DNA of 64,000 nucleotides from a virus (Duplodnaviria; Heunggongvirae; Uroviricota; Caudoviricetes): IMG/VR virus record IMGVR_UViG_3300037067_007156, positions 333,519 to 397,518 of that record; one strand, 5' to 3'. Shown piece by piece: positions 34,389 to 46,103 of this stretch (position 1 is its first letter; each line of letters starts with the position of its first letter). The notes under the pieces were generated by a model. It saw only the letters and a program-made list of their open reading frames with translations, ran no database searches and was not told where the DNA came from. The position numbers and the translations under genes were made by a program.

Positions 34389-35057
34389 ATGAAATATTTA
34401 TCAATTGACACAGAATTTACTTCCTTAAATTTAGAGGAAGCCCAATTATTAGAAATCGGAATCATTTTAGAAGATACAGAAAAAAAATTATCTTATGATG
34501 AATGCCCCAAATTTCATGCAATAATCAATTATAAAACTATTACAGGTTCACCTGCATCATTAACTATTAATGCAGGGTTGTTAAAAATTTTAGCTGGTTT
34601 AGAAAGAGCTGAAAATATAACCGAATATCGTAAAGAACACGATATTATGAATGATTATGAAATATCAGGGAAAATATGGGAATTTTTGTTTTTAAATAAT
34701 TACCCATGTTCAAACCCTACCGATTTAATTAATTTACAATACGTGAAAATGGTTGGTGATAAAATGTTACCTGATATAAATCAAAAAAATATACCACAAT
34801 TTAATCTGATATTAGCTGGAAAAAACTTGTTTTCAAAAGATATACCCTTGCTTAAAAAATTACCACAGTGGAATAAATATATGAATATTTCACACAGGGC
34901 AATAGACCCATCTTTATTTTTTATCGACTGGAAAAATGATACTGAAGTCCCATCTTTATCTAAATGTAAAGAGAGAGCAAAAGTTGAAGGTGAAGTTAAA
35001 CATACATCACTTTCGGATGCTTGGGATATTATTTCTTTACTTAGAACCAGATATTAA
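34389..35057 (+). CDS. DEDDh 3'-5' exonuclease
   Basis: SIDTEFTSL, LEIG, AGKN...D, HR.ID, HTSLSDA. Confidence 0.85.
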   Translation: MKYLSIDTEFTSLNLEEAQLLEIGIILEDTEKKLSYDECPKFHAIINYKTITGSPASLTINAGLLKILAGLERAENITEYRKEHDIMNDYEISGKIWEFLFLNNYPCSNPTDLINLQYVKMVGDKMLPDINQKNIPQFNLILAGKNLFSKDIPLLKKLPQWNKYMNISHRAIDPSLFFIDWKNDTEVPSLSKCKERAKVEGEVKHTSLSDAWDIISLLRTRY

Positions 35058-35088
35058 AAATATATAAATATAAAAACATCTAAAAATT

Positions 35089-36267
35089 ATGGGTATACTA
35101 AAGAATTATGATTTGCGTTCTAAAATTAACATTTTCAATGTCTCACAAACCAGTGTTGATAATGAATATACGTTAATAGCTTTGGATTTCAACCGATTAC
35201 CAAATTGTTACAATATTCTTCATGAAATTTATTCAGCAAATTTCTGGAAATATTTAAAAAATACATATAAAATAACGAATGAGAATGTTCATTTAACAAC
35301 AGATTTCACAGTCGATTTGAAAAATAGAGAGCAAAAAACACATCGATATCTTATTTATTTAGAATCAGAAGGTGTTTATTTATCTTTTTTTGATGAAGAA
35401 AAAAATTTAGATGACAATGATTATTTAGAATTAGTGGAAGAATCGGAGAGGTCTAATAAAATAAATTCTTTAAAAATTTATTATACAGATAAAAACATTG
35501 ATTTTGTAACAGAAACGTTAGTACCAGAAATCAAAAAATTAATTCACTTTCCGAGTATTAAAAATCAATTTTTTATTATATCCATAAATAGTATGGGTGG
35601 ATATGAATTGAGGGGTTCTTATATTAGAAAAATAGATGTTGATTTAGATTTAAATTATGGTGAGGGGTTTTCTAAAAAGCATAGTAAAATAGTTGAAGAT
35701 ATGAGAAAATCTTCTAAAGGTCTTTATTTATTTCATGGTGATTCGGGCGTTGGGAAAACAACATATATACGTAAACTAATATCAGAACTGAGTGAAGATA
35801 AAACATTTATTTATATACCATCTTATCTAATGTATGAATTAGCTAATCCAGATTTAATTTCGTTTATATCTCAATTTAAAGATTCGATATTAATTTTGGA
35901 AGATGCTGAAAATGTTCTTACAAGTAGTCAGCAAGATAGAACTCAGGCCGTATCTAATATTCTTAATATGAGTGATGGTTTGCTTAATGATGCCATAGAT
36001 ATTCAAATAATAGCAACCTTTAATGTTGCTAAAAAAATTATCGATGAAGCATTAACAAGAAAAGGTCGATTAAGGGTTAATCATATGTTTAGAAAATTAA
36101 AACCGAAAGAAGCAACCTTGATAGCAGAAAAAAATAATATAAAAAGAACATTCGATAAAGATGTATCACTGGCTGAAATATTTAATTCAGAATCTACGGA
36201 TTTAGTAGAAGCTAATGATTTAAATAAAGGAAACGTTGAACCAATCGGATTTGGAAGAAAAAATTAA
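35089..36267 (+). CDS. AAA+ ATPase
   Basis: FHGDSGVGKT, LILEDAE, LN.SDGLL, ATFN, D.AL.RKGR, C-terminal IGF. Confidence 0.9.
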   Translation: MGILKNYDLRSKINIFNVSQTSVDNEYTLIALDFNRLPNCYNILHEIYSANFWKYLKNTYKITNENVHLTTDFTVDLKNREQKTHRYLIYLESEGVYLSFFDEEKNLDDNDYLELVEESERSNKINSLKIYYTDKNIDFVTETLVPEIKKLIHFPSIKNQFFIISINSMGGYELRGSYIRKIDVDLDLNYGEGFSKKHSKIVEDMRKSSKGLYLFHGDSGVGKTTYIRKLISELSEDKTFIYIPSYLMYELANPDLISFISQFKDSILILEDAENVLTSSQQDRTQAVSNILNMSDGLLNDAIDIQIIATFNVAKKIIDEALTRKGRLRVNHMFRKLKPKEATLIAEKNNIKRTFDKDVSLAEIFNSESTDLVEANDLNKGNVEPIGFGRKN

Positions 36268-37127
36268 TGGACAATAAAAAACATATAATAGATGTTATAT
36301 TATCGGTTTTTGAGCATTTAGATGATGATTTAAAAATAAATAATGATACATGGGATAATATTCGTAAAGAATTGTTAGCTCATGTATCTGTATCATCATT
36401 CCAAATTTCTGAATATAAAGAATCCAGAAAAACAAAATATTTTGATTTCATTTACGAGAAGTTCTTACACACTATAAAAAATATGGAAGTGATAAATGAT
36501 AAAAAAAATATTATTCATTTAAATAAAGTATATGAAAACAGAATTGTAGATTCTAATAAGATGGATATCGATTTATTATATCCAAATATATTAAATTCTT
36601 TTTGGTTAAATGATAAGATAGTTTTTGATAATGAGTGTTTTGGAATTATAATACACAATATAATAGAACATATTGATTATTTACATAAATCAAAAAATTT
36701 TAAATTAATTAAAGATTTTGTAAACTATATGTTTGTTCTTTATTATAATAAGAAAATTAATATATATCAATGTGACTTTGATGGTTTGAATGTATTAAAT
36801 CTTTATAATCAATATATTTATAAAGCTTTAATAGAATATTTTGGGGATTTTTTGATTTTTTATAAAACTGACTGCCTAATATTCGCAAATGTTAAAAAGA
36901 GAGAATTTGAACCAATTAGTATTGAAAAATATTTTGAGACTAATATAGGTAGTTTCTTTAAATTTAATATAAATAAAAATATAGATGTTTTGTTTGTGGA
37001 TGAAAACAGATATATAACAATAGATAATGGAAGTGTTTCTTATAATGGTTTCAGACGATTAAATATTTCTGATGAAAGAGGTATTAGAAATCTAACAAGA
37101 ATGGCAAAAATTAAAAATATATTATAA
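36267..37127 (+). CDS. Degenerate family-B DNA polymerase palm-like protein
   Basis: MDIDLLYPNI (cf. DxxSLYPSI), K..VNY.F (cf. KxxxNSxYG), YKTDC (cf. YGDTDS). Confidence 0.5.
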   Translation: MDNKKHIIDVILSVFEHLDDDLKINNDTWDNIRKELLAHVSVSSFQISEYKESRKTKYFDFIYEKFLHTIKNMEVINDKKNIIHLNKVYENRIVDSNKMDIDLLYPNILNSFWLNDKIVFDNECFGIIIHNIIEHIDYLHKSKNFKLIKDFVNYMFVLYYNKKINIYQCDFDGLNVLNLYNQYIYKALIEYFGDFLIFYKTDCLIFANVKKREFEPISIEKYFETNIGSFFKFNINKNIDVLFVDENRYITIDNGSVSYNGFRRLNISDERGIRNLTRMAKIKNIL

Positions 37128-37143
37128 AAAATAAAAATATAAA

Positions 37144-38265
37144 ATGTCAGCAAAAAGAGGATTTTTATCACATGATGAATTTTTAAAACTTGAAAAAAAT
37201 ACATTACGACAAAGTTATGGTGAAAGATTTGGAGCTGCTCAAAAACTACTATATTACTTTTCATGGTTTGGGAATAGTATATCAGTGTTCTTAGCTTACT
37301 TTTTTGTACGGGAATTATTCATGGGCATCGTTACTGCTGGTACAGGAATGTTGTTAATGAGTTTTTTAGTTGTTGTGTTTTTATCATTTTTTGAATTATT
37401 AAAAAGGTACATATTCAGACAATTTTCAATTGATATAATACAGTCGAGAAATGATGATGAAAAACGAACAAGTCCATTACTAATAGTTGGTGTGTTAGCA
37501 GTGATTGTTATTTCTTTTTATTTATCTTTAAATGGTGCACAAAAATTTATAAATAAAGAAAAGTCAGTGGTAACACAGACAGAATTAGTTGTCACTAATA
37601 AGGCTGATTCTATTAATACTTATTATATGACTACTTATATTAATGTACTTCAAGAAGAAAATAAAAAATTAACAGACCAGAATAATGAGTACACGGAAAT
37701 ATCTAAAACAAAATATGCCCGTATGTATGTTGACCTTATCAAACAAAACAACCAAAAAATTGATAAGAACTTAGAAAATATAAGATATTATGAAGACCAA
37801 AGGGACGCTAAAATAACAAGTGTAACACGAGATGAACAAACAAAACTGGACTCATTTAAATCTGATAATAAATATAATGTTTTGGTTTTTGTTTTGATTT
37901 CGTTTATAATAGAATCTATTATCCTTATTGGAATATATTTTACACAATTTTTTAATTATAAAATATTGGCAGAATATCGAACAGAAATTATGGACACACC
38001 AACATTTAAAAAATGGATGATGTATGATAAAATGTTGGATATATTTTTTGAAGGTATGGATATTAATGATGAATTACCAACAGCAGCAGCTATATTGGAA
38101 ATTGCAAAATTAAGCGACTTAAAATCTTCAAGTTATGATTTAGAACGCTTCTTTAAAATGGCTACTTATCTAAAAATTATTGAACGTAGGGGTAATAAAA
38201 GATTATTAGCAATGAACCTTGACGCAGCTAAAAAAATGTTGAGAGCATACTACAAAATAAAATAA
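37144..38265 (+). CDS. Multi-pass membrane protein with coiled coil
   Basis: Four hydrophobic segments flanking a helical soluble region. Confidence 0.7.
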   Translation: MSAKRGFLSHDEFLKLEKNTLRQSYGERFGAAQKLLYYFSWFGNSISVFLAYFFVRELFMGIVTAGTGMLLMSFLVVVFLSFFELLKRYIFRQFSIDIIQSRNDDEKRTSPLLIVGVLAVIVISFYLSLNGAQKFINKEKSVVTQTELVVTNKADSINTYYMTTYINVLQEENKKLTDQNNEYTEISKTKYARMYVDLIKQNNQKIDKNLENIRYYEDQRDAKITSVTRDEQTKLDSFKSDNKYNVLVFVLISFIIESIILIGIYFTQFFNYKILAEYRTEIMDTPTFKKWMMYDKMLDIFFEGMDINDELPTAAAILEIAKLSDLKSSSYDLERFFKMATYLKIIERRGNKRLLAMNLDAAKKMLRAYYKIK

Positions 38266-38274
38266 AAATGAAAA

Positions 38275-38841
38275 ATGAAAACAAGTGAATTCAAAAGTGT
38301 GGTGAGTAGATGGAGTCCTATAATTAAAGAGATAGATAATGACCCAGAAATAGATATCGAGAAATTAACAAAAGAAGAAAAAATATGTTTGTATGCACAT
38401 AATATTTCTAAATTAGAAAAAAATTATTCATCTACAAATAATAATTTACATATTTTATATCCAATACGAATTGAAAATACAGATAAACAGTTAATAAATA
38501 ATTCTACACTTCCAATATCTTTGAAAATTCTTAAAAAGATAAATGATTTTAAAAATATAATAATTGTTGATTCACCAGTTACAAAATATGGTGATAAAAA
38601 TGTGCGTGTAGATGATATTGAACATTCAAAAGATATTTCAGATTTATTAATAGAAGATGTGTTATCAGTAGATGATTTAAATAAAATTGAAGATATTATA
38701 ATTACAATTATGGATGAATATTTTGAAAAATTACTTTCTGAAAATGTAGATAAAAAAATATTCCTTTATATTGTAGTCCAATCAATTCGAATTTCGAATA
38801 ATAAACAATTACTTTGGCGAACCCGATTAACAGTAATTTAA
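38275..38841 (+). CDS. Hypothetical protein
   Basis: ORF track; followed by terminator AAAAGAGGC-CGAAT-GCCTCTTTT. Confidence 0.6.
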   Translation: MKTSEFKSVVSRWSPIIKEIDNDPEIDIEKLTKEEKICLYAHNISKLEKNYSSTNNNLHILYPIRIENTDKQLINNSTLPISLKILKKINDFKNIIIVDSPVTKYGDKNVRVDDIEHSKDISDLLIEDVLSVDDLNKIEDIIITIMDEYFEKLLSENVDKKIFLYIVVQSIRISNNKQLLWRTRLTVI

Positions 38842-39050
38842 TATATTTTTCAAATATTAAAAAGAGGCCGAATGCCTCTTTTTTTGTTTTATTAAAAATT
38901 ATATATAAAATAAAAATATTATATGAAAGGAACTATTGTTTGTTCGGTTTGTGGTGAAGTGTTATACATACCAGATAGTTCGGATTGTATAGTATGTCCA
39001 AAATGTAATAATGTTATTAATAATCCTAAATAAAAAATAATAATATATGA

Positions 39051-39761
39051 ATGATATTATCTAAAAATGTTAATATAAAAAATAATGGAAAAATGGTTAA
39101 ATATTATAATGATAAAGGTTATAATATTATATGTAATAAATTTAATATAATAAAAATTGAAGATTTATCTCAATCGTCACACGCCTTAATAGAAGTTAAA
39201 TGTGATATGTGTGGAAAAATAAAACATATGCCATATAGAGAATATGTTGAATGTTTAAAAAGTTATAATATATATTATTGTAAACCATGCTCTCATGTTA
39301 AAGAACAAAATACTTGTTTAGAAAGATATGGTGTTAAATTCCCTCTGAAAGACAATGTAGATATTAGACAGAAAAGTGAAAACACAATGATAGAAAGATA
39401 TGGAGTTAAAAATATTTTTGAATTAAAAAGTACACAAGACAAAATAAAGCAAACAAATTTAGAAAAATATGGGTTTGAATATGCAGCATTTAATATTCAA
39501 ATTCAGGAAAAAACGAAACAAACCTGTTTAAAAAAATATGGAGTTGATAATATACTTAAATGTAAAAATGTTCAAGAAAAAATAAAAAACACTTTAATAT
39601 CAAAAGGACTAATAATTTCAACTACTGAATTTGATTTTTATAAAAATAATGTAAGACGAATAACAAAAATGAATGTAGAAGAACTTTTTAATATTTGGAA
39701 TGGTTTAGATTATTATGATAATGAATATATAAAAGAAAATTTCGCTTTAAATAGTTTTTAG
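39051..39761 (+). pseudogene. Homing-endonuclease-like protein (CxxC + ERYGV repeats) truncated by tnpB#2
   Basis: CDMC/CKPC; four T.LE[RK]YG[VF] repeats. The stop lies inside the element left end; the frame resumes at 41166-41236. Confidence 0.65.
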
Positions 39762-41165
39762 AAGAAATTCACGAAATCTTCAGTTTCGTAGATGAATTCT
39801 GACCGAATAAATTTTCATACAAATATACATAAAAAAACAAACTTTTTTCAAAAATAATTATATAATTAAAAATGTTAAAAACATATAAATATAGGTTATA
39901 TCCAAATGAAACACAAAAAGTTTTGATTGAAAAACATTTTGGTTGTTCAAGGTGGGTATATAACTACGCTTTAGATAAAAAGAATAAAACATATCAAGAA
40001 ACTGGTGAATCACTATCCAGATTTGATATACAAAAGGATTTACCTGTTTTAAAAAAGCAAGAAGAAACATCTTGGTTAAAAGAAGTAAACTCATTGTCGT
40101 TACAATATACTTTATTAAATTTAGAAAATGCTTTCATTAAATATTTTGATGAAAAAAAGAATGGTGTGATTGAAAAGAAAAAGAAACAATATATTTTTAG
40201 TAGAAAATCAAAAGGTTTAGAAATTAATTTAGAGAAATTAAATTCAATTGGGAAACCGAATTTTAAATCAAAGAAAAACCTGAAAAAATCATTTGGCATA
40301 CCTCAAAACACCATTGTTAATTTTGAAAATAATAAAGTTTATATACCTAAATTCAAAGGTGGAATTAAAATTAAAATAGATAGAAAGTTTTATGGATTTA
40401 TTAAATCTTCTACTATATCAAAAACATCAACAGAAAAATATTATATTTCTATATTAGTAAATACAACAGATATTAAACCAGAAAAGATATCAATAAGTGA
40501 AAAACAAGCTATTGGGATTGATTTAGGTATAAAATCATTTTTAGTTACATCAGATGGATTAGTGATAGATAATCCTAAATATTTAAGAAAATCATTAAGA
40601 ACATTAAAAATAAGACAAAAGAAATTATCTAAAAAAGTAAAAGATTCAAATAACAGAAATAAATATGTAAGAGTGATTTCTTCAACACATGAAAAAATTA
40701 CAAACAAAAGAAATTGTTTTTTACATAGAACATCTAAATTTTTGATAGATAATTACGACACTTTTTGTTTAGAAACACTGAATGTTTCAGGAATGATAAA
40801 GAATCATAATTTGGCACAATCGATATCTGATGTTAGTTGGTCTGAATTCAACAGGATGTTAGAGTACAAAGCAGAGTGGTATGGGAAAAATATACTTAGG
40901 TGTGGTCAATTCGAACCCTCAAGTAAAATGTGTTCTTGTGGTTATATTAATTCAGATTTGAAATTATCTGATAGGGTATGGGTTTGTTCTGAATGTGGAA
41001 CTAAACATGATAGAGATTTTAATGCTGCTAATAATATTAAAAAGTTTTGTTTTGTAAATAAAAATACCTCTGGAACAGAGGAAATTCACGCTTGTGGAGA
41101 TATGACCGAGGTTACGAAGTCAGCCCAAGAAACTACTAAATCTTTTTAGTTTAGTGGTAGTTCAT
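39751..41165 (+). mobile_element. Non-autonomous IS200/IS605 element (tnpB#2)
   Basis: TTTAA|ATAG...TCACGAAATCTTCAGTTTCGTAGA left end; CTACTAAATCTTTTTAGTTTAGTGGTAGTTCAT right end. Confidence 0.82.
39872..41149 (+). CDS. tnpB: TnpB RNA-guided endonuclease
   Basis: KYRLYP, GCSRWVYN, GIDLG, LETL, CSCG/CSEC, DRDFNAA. Confidence 0.95.
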   Translation: MLKTYKYRLYPNETQKVLIEKHFGCSRWVYNYALDKKNKTYQETGESLSRFDIQKDLPVLKKQEETSWLKEVNSLSLQYTLLNLENAFIKYFDEKKNGVIEKKKKQYIFSRKSKGLEINLEKLNSIGKPNFKSKKNLKKSFGIPQNTIVNFENNKVYIPKFKGGIKIKIDRKFYGFIKSSTISKTSTEKYYISILVNTTDIKPEKISISEKQAIGIDLGIKSFLVTSDGLVIDNPKYLRKSLRTLKIRQKKLSKKVKDSNNRNKYVRVISSTHEKITNKRNCFLHRTSKFLIDNYDTFCLETLNVSGMIKNHNLAQSISDVSWSEFNRMLEYKAEWYGKNILRCGQFEPSSKMCSCGYINSDLKLSDRVWVCSECGTKHDRDFNAANNIKKFCFVNKNTSGTEEIHACGDMTEVTKSAQETTKSF

Positions 41166-41406
41166 ATGATAAAGAAATAGCTAAAAATATCGCAGTCCTC
41201 ACCAGAGATATAAAACTAAAAGAAATATTAGAATAATTACCAACTTACGAAGCTTTAAAAAATTATCATAATTTCAATTAAAAAAACCAGCCTCTTTCGA
41301 GAACTGGTTTCATAAACTAAAAATATACAATATGTGATGTTCTTAAAACATCGAGATATCAAATATAATATAATTTTTTAAATACCTCGTTATATTTTAG
41401 ACATTT

Positions 41407-44400
41407 TTATTCTTCATCTTCAATAAAGGGTTTTCTATGTTTATCTTTTCTTTTATAATCTTTTGGGGTTGTATGTGCTTTATGCACACTATTCCAACCC
41501 GTAGAATCTTCAAGCTCTGCTTCTCTCGAACCACGCCTATTAGCTTTTATATAATTTTCAAAGCTAAATGTTTTTTTATTTTTAGATATTTTAGACATTT
41601 TTAACCCACATCATTTATAAACAAATTAGGATGTTTCTCATACATATACCAAAGTATATCATTATCCATAACATTAGCCGAATTATTATATAATAATTTA
41701 TAATATTTATGTAATTCTATGATTTCACATGGCGTATAATTATGTTTAAAGAAAATGTTTTGCCAAGGAAAGCCCGTCATAGGTTTATAATTATATACAT
41801 CAGATATTTTAACCTTTTTACCAGCTAATAATTTCATTAAATAATTAGAATCGTGTAAACCAATTAATAAACATTTTTTGCATAACCATTTAAAAGGGTT
41901 ATTTCTTGTTGTGTATAATTGCCAAGCAAATAAATGTCTTGCAAACATTGGATAATGAGCATATAAAACGAATTTTTGTCTTTTATTCTCTTCCACATTT
42001 ATATCACCGACTTTTTCTTCAGGTGAAATTTGTTTTAAACCACCAATTTTGTATAAAAATTTATCATACAAAACAGCCCAAGGTATTACAAATAACATAT
42101 CAATAAAACAAAACATGATTGACCAGAATAAACTACCTTTTAAAGCTTGCATCCACATCCATATATCAGGTGTGAGACGAAACTTTTTTGATATTTTCCA
42201 TCTCAAACCATTTATGATTCGTTTCATATCATCAATATCACCATTAATCTTTAATCCACATAGTGCGCTTGTTATTTGGTCTCTGCTTACAGTATCTTCC
42301 ACATGATTTGGATATCTGTGAGCTTGTATATATTTTTTACCTTTAACATCAGTATCTTCCGTGAAACAAGAAAGTATACCTTCTTTAAAACACTTATCAC
42401 CATATGCGATATATGCACAACCTGTTCTCCATAATGCATCTCCTTTTCCACAATCACCAATTTTATCCCATATATAATTATGTCCAAGCATCATATTTTC
42501 TTGGATGAAATTATAATTTTTGGAATTATATTGTTTTTGAAGTGGAGTTTTATGATTCATAAAATTATATTTTTATTTTTAAGTATATATTAAAAATAAA
42601 AATATATAGATTATTAAGGTTAAAACCAATTACCCTGAGAATCTTGTATAACCGTTTTACCACATCTTGAACAACATCCATTAGAATTGCAACCATCGAA
42701 CCTTTGGACTTTTGGTGTTTTATGCCAACCCCAAAATGTGCAAAACCATTTATTATTGCTAAAACAATCTATAATCGAACAAGGTAAAGCAATTACTATT
42801 AAAATTGGTAACATCCACCATCTTGCTTTGGAAATTTCTTCTTTAAAAGTTCTCATTTTCATTATATAATTTTTTTATATTGTGTTTTTATCATATCTAA
42901 ATTACATTTTACCATCATTTTACCATCTTTTTTATTTAAATCCAAAACTATATAATCACCAAAATATATATATGATATACTTGTGGATGAACCATCGGTA
43001 TCAGAAATAAAAATTACACCGTCATCATTATTTGTTAATCCTATATTTAGATTTTGGAAATCTTTAATATATTCTTTTATTTCATCGATGATGTTTATAT
43101 TACCATTCCATTTATAAACAAGGACATCGTATTTGTATTGATATTTATCCATATTATATTTTGTTATTTAATTTTTTATAATCGTCTATTAATTTTTTCT
43201 TATCAAATAAAAGTATTTTAACATTATTTTTTTTATCATTAACAATTGTTTCAGAAAACCCTGTTTCATCTTTTTCACCGCAAATTATGCGATGATTAAC
43301 TTCTATAATCACCGCAGATTCAAATGGTATTAAATCTTGGCCATATTCAGCATATACACCATAATGTTTTTCTTCTAAATCAACCATAACTACTACACTT
43401 TCATATATATTTCCAGATAAAACACCACAGTTATCATGCATTGTCCAGCGTATTTTATCACCAACTTTTGCAATTTCTTTCACCTTATTCTTTTTCCGAA
43501 GAAAAGAAAATAATTTTTTAATATTAAATATCATGTTTATAATTTTTTTAAAAACAAAAATAACAGCACTAAACATCAAATAAATGATGTATAATGCTGA
43601 TAATAAAGAGAATAATAATGAGTATGATAAAAATTCCATTACTTAGTTATAGTTTATAAAACCATATGCTCAAACCAAGGATTCAATTTTGGATGCCATT
43701 TTAGAAACCCTAATCCCAAACCTGTAATTGTAAATACATACCAAAATATTTCAGTGTAAGCAGGTATTAAAATATAAATCAAAATTAATGCTATGATAAA
43801 AATAAAAATCATCATGGTAAAAAAAATATGTTTTCTTTTCACTGCACACACTTATTTTTTATTTTCCTTTTCGGATTTTCTGTCAATATCACGAACGGTT
43901 TTTTTCCACTCACTCTTCGAACAATACTTGTATCCCATGTCCAGATGTTTTTGAATTTTTTCTTCGGATACTCTAATAACTTCACTGTTTCTTTTTAATG
44001 TTTTCATAATAAACTCCATTATTTTTATTTCTTATATAATAAAAAATAATAAAAGTTTATAATTTATTCTTTAAAAATTCTTTCTATTTTTAGCTTTCTT
44101 ATTTCTTGTATCGATTTTATTTTAAAGTATAAATCATCATAAGATGTTAAAGATATTATATCGTTTTCTTCTAATAATTTTATAACATTTTGTGTTTCTA
44201 CCTCATTTGTTTTTAACAAATTTTGTATAATTTTAAACAAATCTACAAAATATATATACTCGTTTGAATATTTTGATAAAGCATTCGCTATTTTATTAAT
44301 ATTTTTCGAATCATTTAAGTTCATCACCAAATATTTTATGAAGTTTAACCAATCGTTTTAAACGAATAGATGGTAAAATCATTACTACTTGATTATCTTC

Positions 44401-44613
44401 AACTTCTTTCAAATTACTATTAATTTCTACAATATTTTCTTTCTTTAAAAGGTTTACAATAAGTAGAGCCTTTTCATCTGTATTATAACCACAAATGATT
44501 TTAATAGAATTAATTAAATATCTAAAAGACATTATAGAATTTTCACAGTCTACGATAAATTCCATAACATTTTTATAATTTTTTAAACTCTTTTCAAAAA
44601 CCATATAATCCAT
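41407..44613 (-). CDS. Hypothetical ORFs incl. 319-aa 41601-42560 and paralog-like pair 44064-44330 / 44311-44613
   Basis: ORF track; no motif recognised. Confidence 0.5.
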
Positions 44614-44688
44614 TTTAATAATATAACAAAAATAAGAAAAAATTTTCCATAGAAAAATTATATATACATAAAAACATATTTTTAATTA

Positions 44689-45567
44689 ATGAAACATATT
44701 TTAACATTGAATGAATATCGAAATCAAATGGAAATACCATTTTTAAATCAACATCCTATACATGACAAACCAACACACATTCATATACTCGATAGATTAG
44801 AAGAAATGTCCGATAAATTAAGAATTAACCCAACTGATTACATATCTGACTGGGATATTAGAGATTTAGATAATGCTTGGGATAATAATTTCGATGAAGC
44901 ATTTAAAAAATATATAGAATATGAAACAAATAATGAAGGTCTTCAATATGAAATAGCTTCAGCTTTTTTAAATGAATATGATATAATAGACAATCAAGAA
45001 TATTTTACTGATGAAATTAAAAACTATATCAAAGAAAATCCAAATTGTAAATCAGTTGATATAATAAACGAATTTAATTTATATAATTATTTATCTGAAT
45101 TTATTGATGATAAAAATGAAAAATTAAAAGAAATTAATCATAAACTCATGCGAGATGTTTTTGAAAATCACTTATATGAAGATAAAGATGTTTATTCTTT
45201 AATCAGAAATAACTTAACAAAAAATGGTTTATTACCTATTTATAGAGCCATTGATTTTAACAAAGGTGAATTTATTGATACTTACACTAAATCAAAAGAA
45301 TATAATGGTGTAGGTATTTTTTGGACTTATGATATAAGAACTGCTGAAGCTCATTGGGGTAGCGGTCATCAAGAAACTTATACATTACATGGTTTAATTA
45401 AACCCGAATATATTAATTGGCCAAATACAATATTTAAGAGTGCATATTCACTGAATCATGAACAAGAAATAGAAACATTAAATAATGTACCAATTCTTAT
45501 TGTTGATATTTTAACAAGTCAGGAAGAATCTATGAATCTTAAAAAACAATTAGTTGTAAAAACCTAA
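44689..45567 (+). CDS. Possible ADP-ribosyltransferase-fold protein with MKHILTLNEY N-terminus
   Basis: IYRAI, GVGIFWTYD..TA, HEQEI resemble R / S-T-S / E-x-E ART motifs. Confidence 0.45.
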   Translation: MKHILTLNEYRNQMEIPFLNQHPIHDKPTHIHILDRLEEMSDKLRINPTDYISDWDIRDLDNAWDNNFDEAFKKYIEYETNNEGLQYEIASAFLNEYDIIDNQEYFTDEIKNYIKENPNCKSVDIINEFNLYNYLSEFIDDKNEKLKEINHKLMRDVFENHLYEDKDVYSLIRNNLTKNGLLPIYRAIDFNKGEFIDTYTKSKEYNGVGIFWTYDIRTAEAHWGSGHQETYTLHGLIKPEYINWPNTIFKSAYSLNHEQEIETLNNVPILIVDILTSQEESMNLKKQLVVKT

Positions 45568-46103
45568 TTTTTTTATCTTAAAAATTGTATTTTTTTCTTT
45601 CTTTTAAAAAATTAAGAGCTTTCTTTCTTATGAACAAACATTGAAAAAAATTCATGTTAAGAATATCCAACATAAAATTTTCAGATTCTACATATCTCTG
45701 TGAACAAGAATCCACTTTATCCATTAACCATTTAAGGTCAGATTTTTGTACTTCCATTTTTAATTTTTTAATTTTTTAGAATATAATAATAACCACTCAT
45801 CAAATGATATTTGACTTGCCTTTTCTAATTCAGATAATTCTTTCAACTTGAAATAAAAAATACACCTATAAAAATACCAATTACTATCGACAAACCTACA
45901 ATTAGCAATATGTTCTCAGTTTTTGGTTTAGACCAACCATTTGGGTCTGGTGTACTTTCTTTAACATATACAATCAAAGCAGCCGTACTAACAAATACTA
46001 TTAGTGAAACAAATATTAAAACAATAATTTGCAAAGCATTCATAATTTTCTTTTTTATTTTAAAATTGACCAAATGTTTTAAAAACATCCAATTTTATTC
46101 AAT

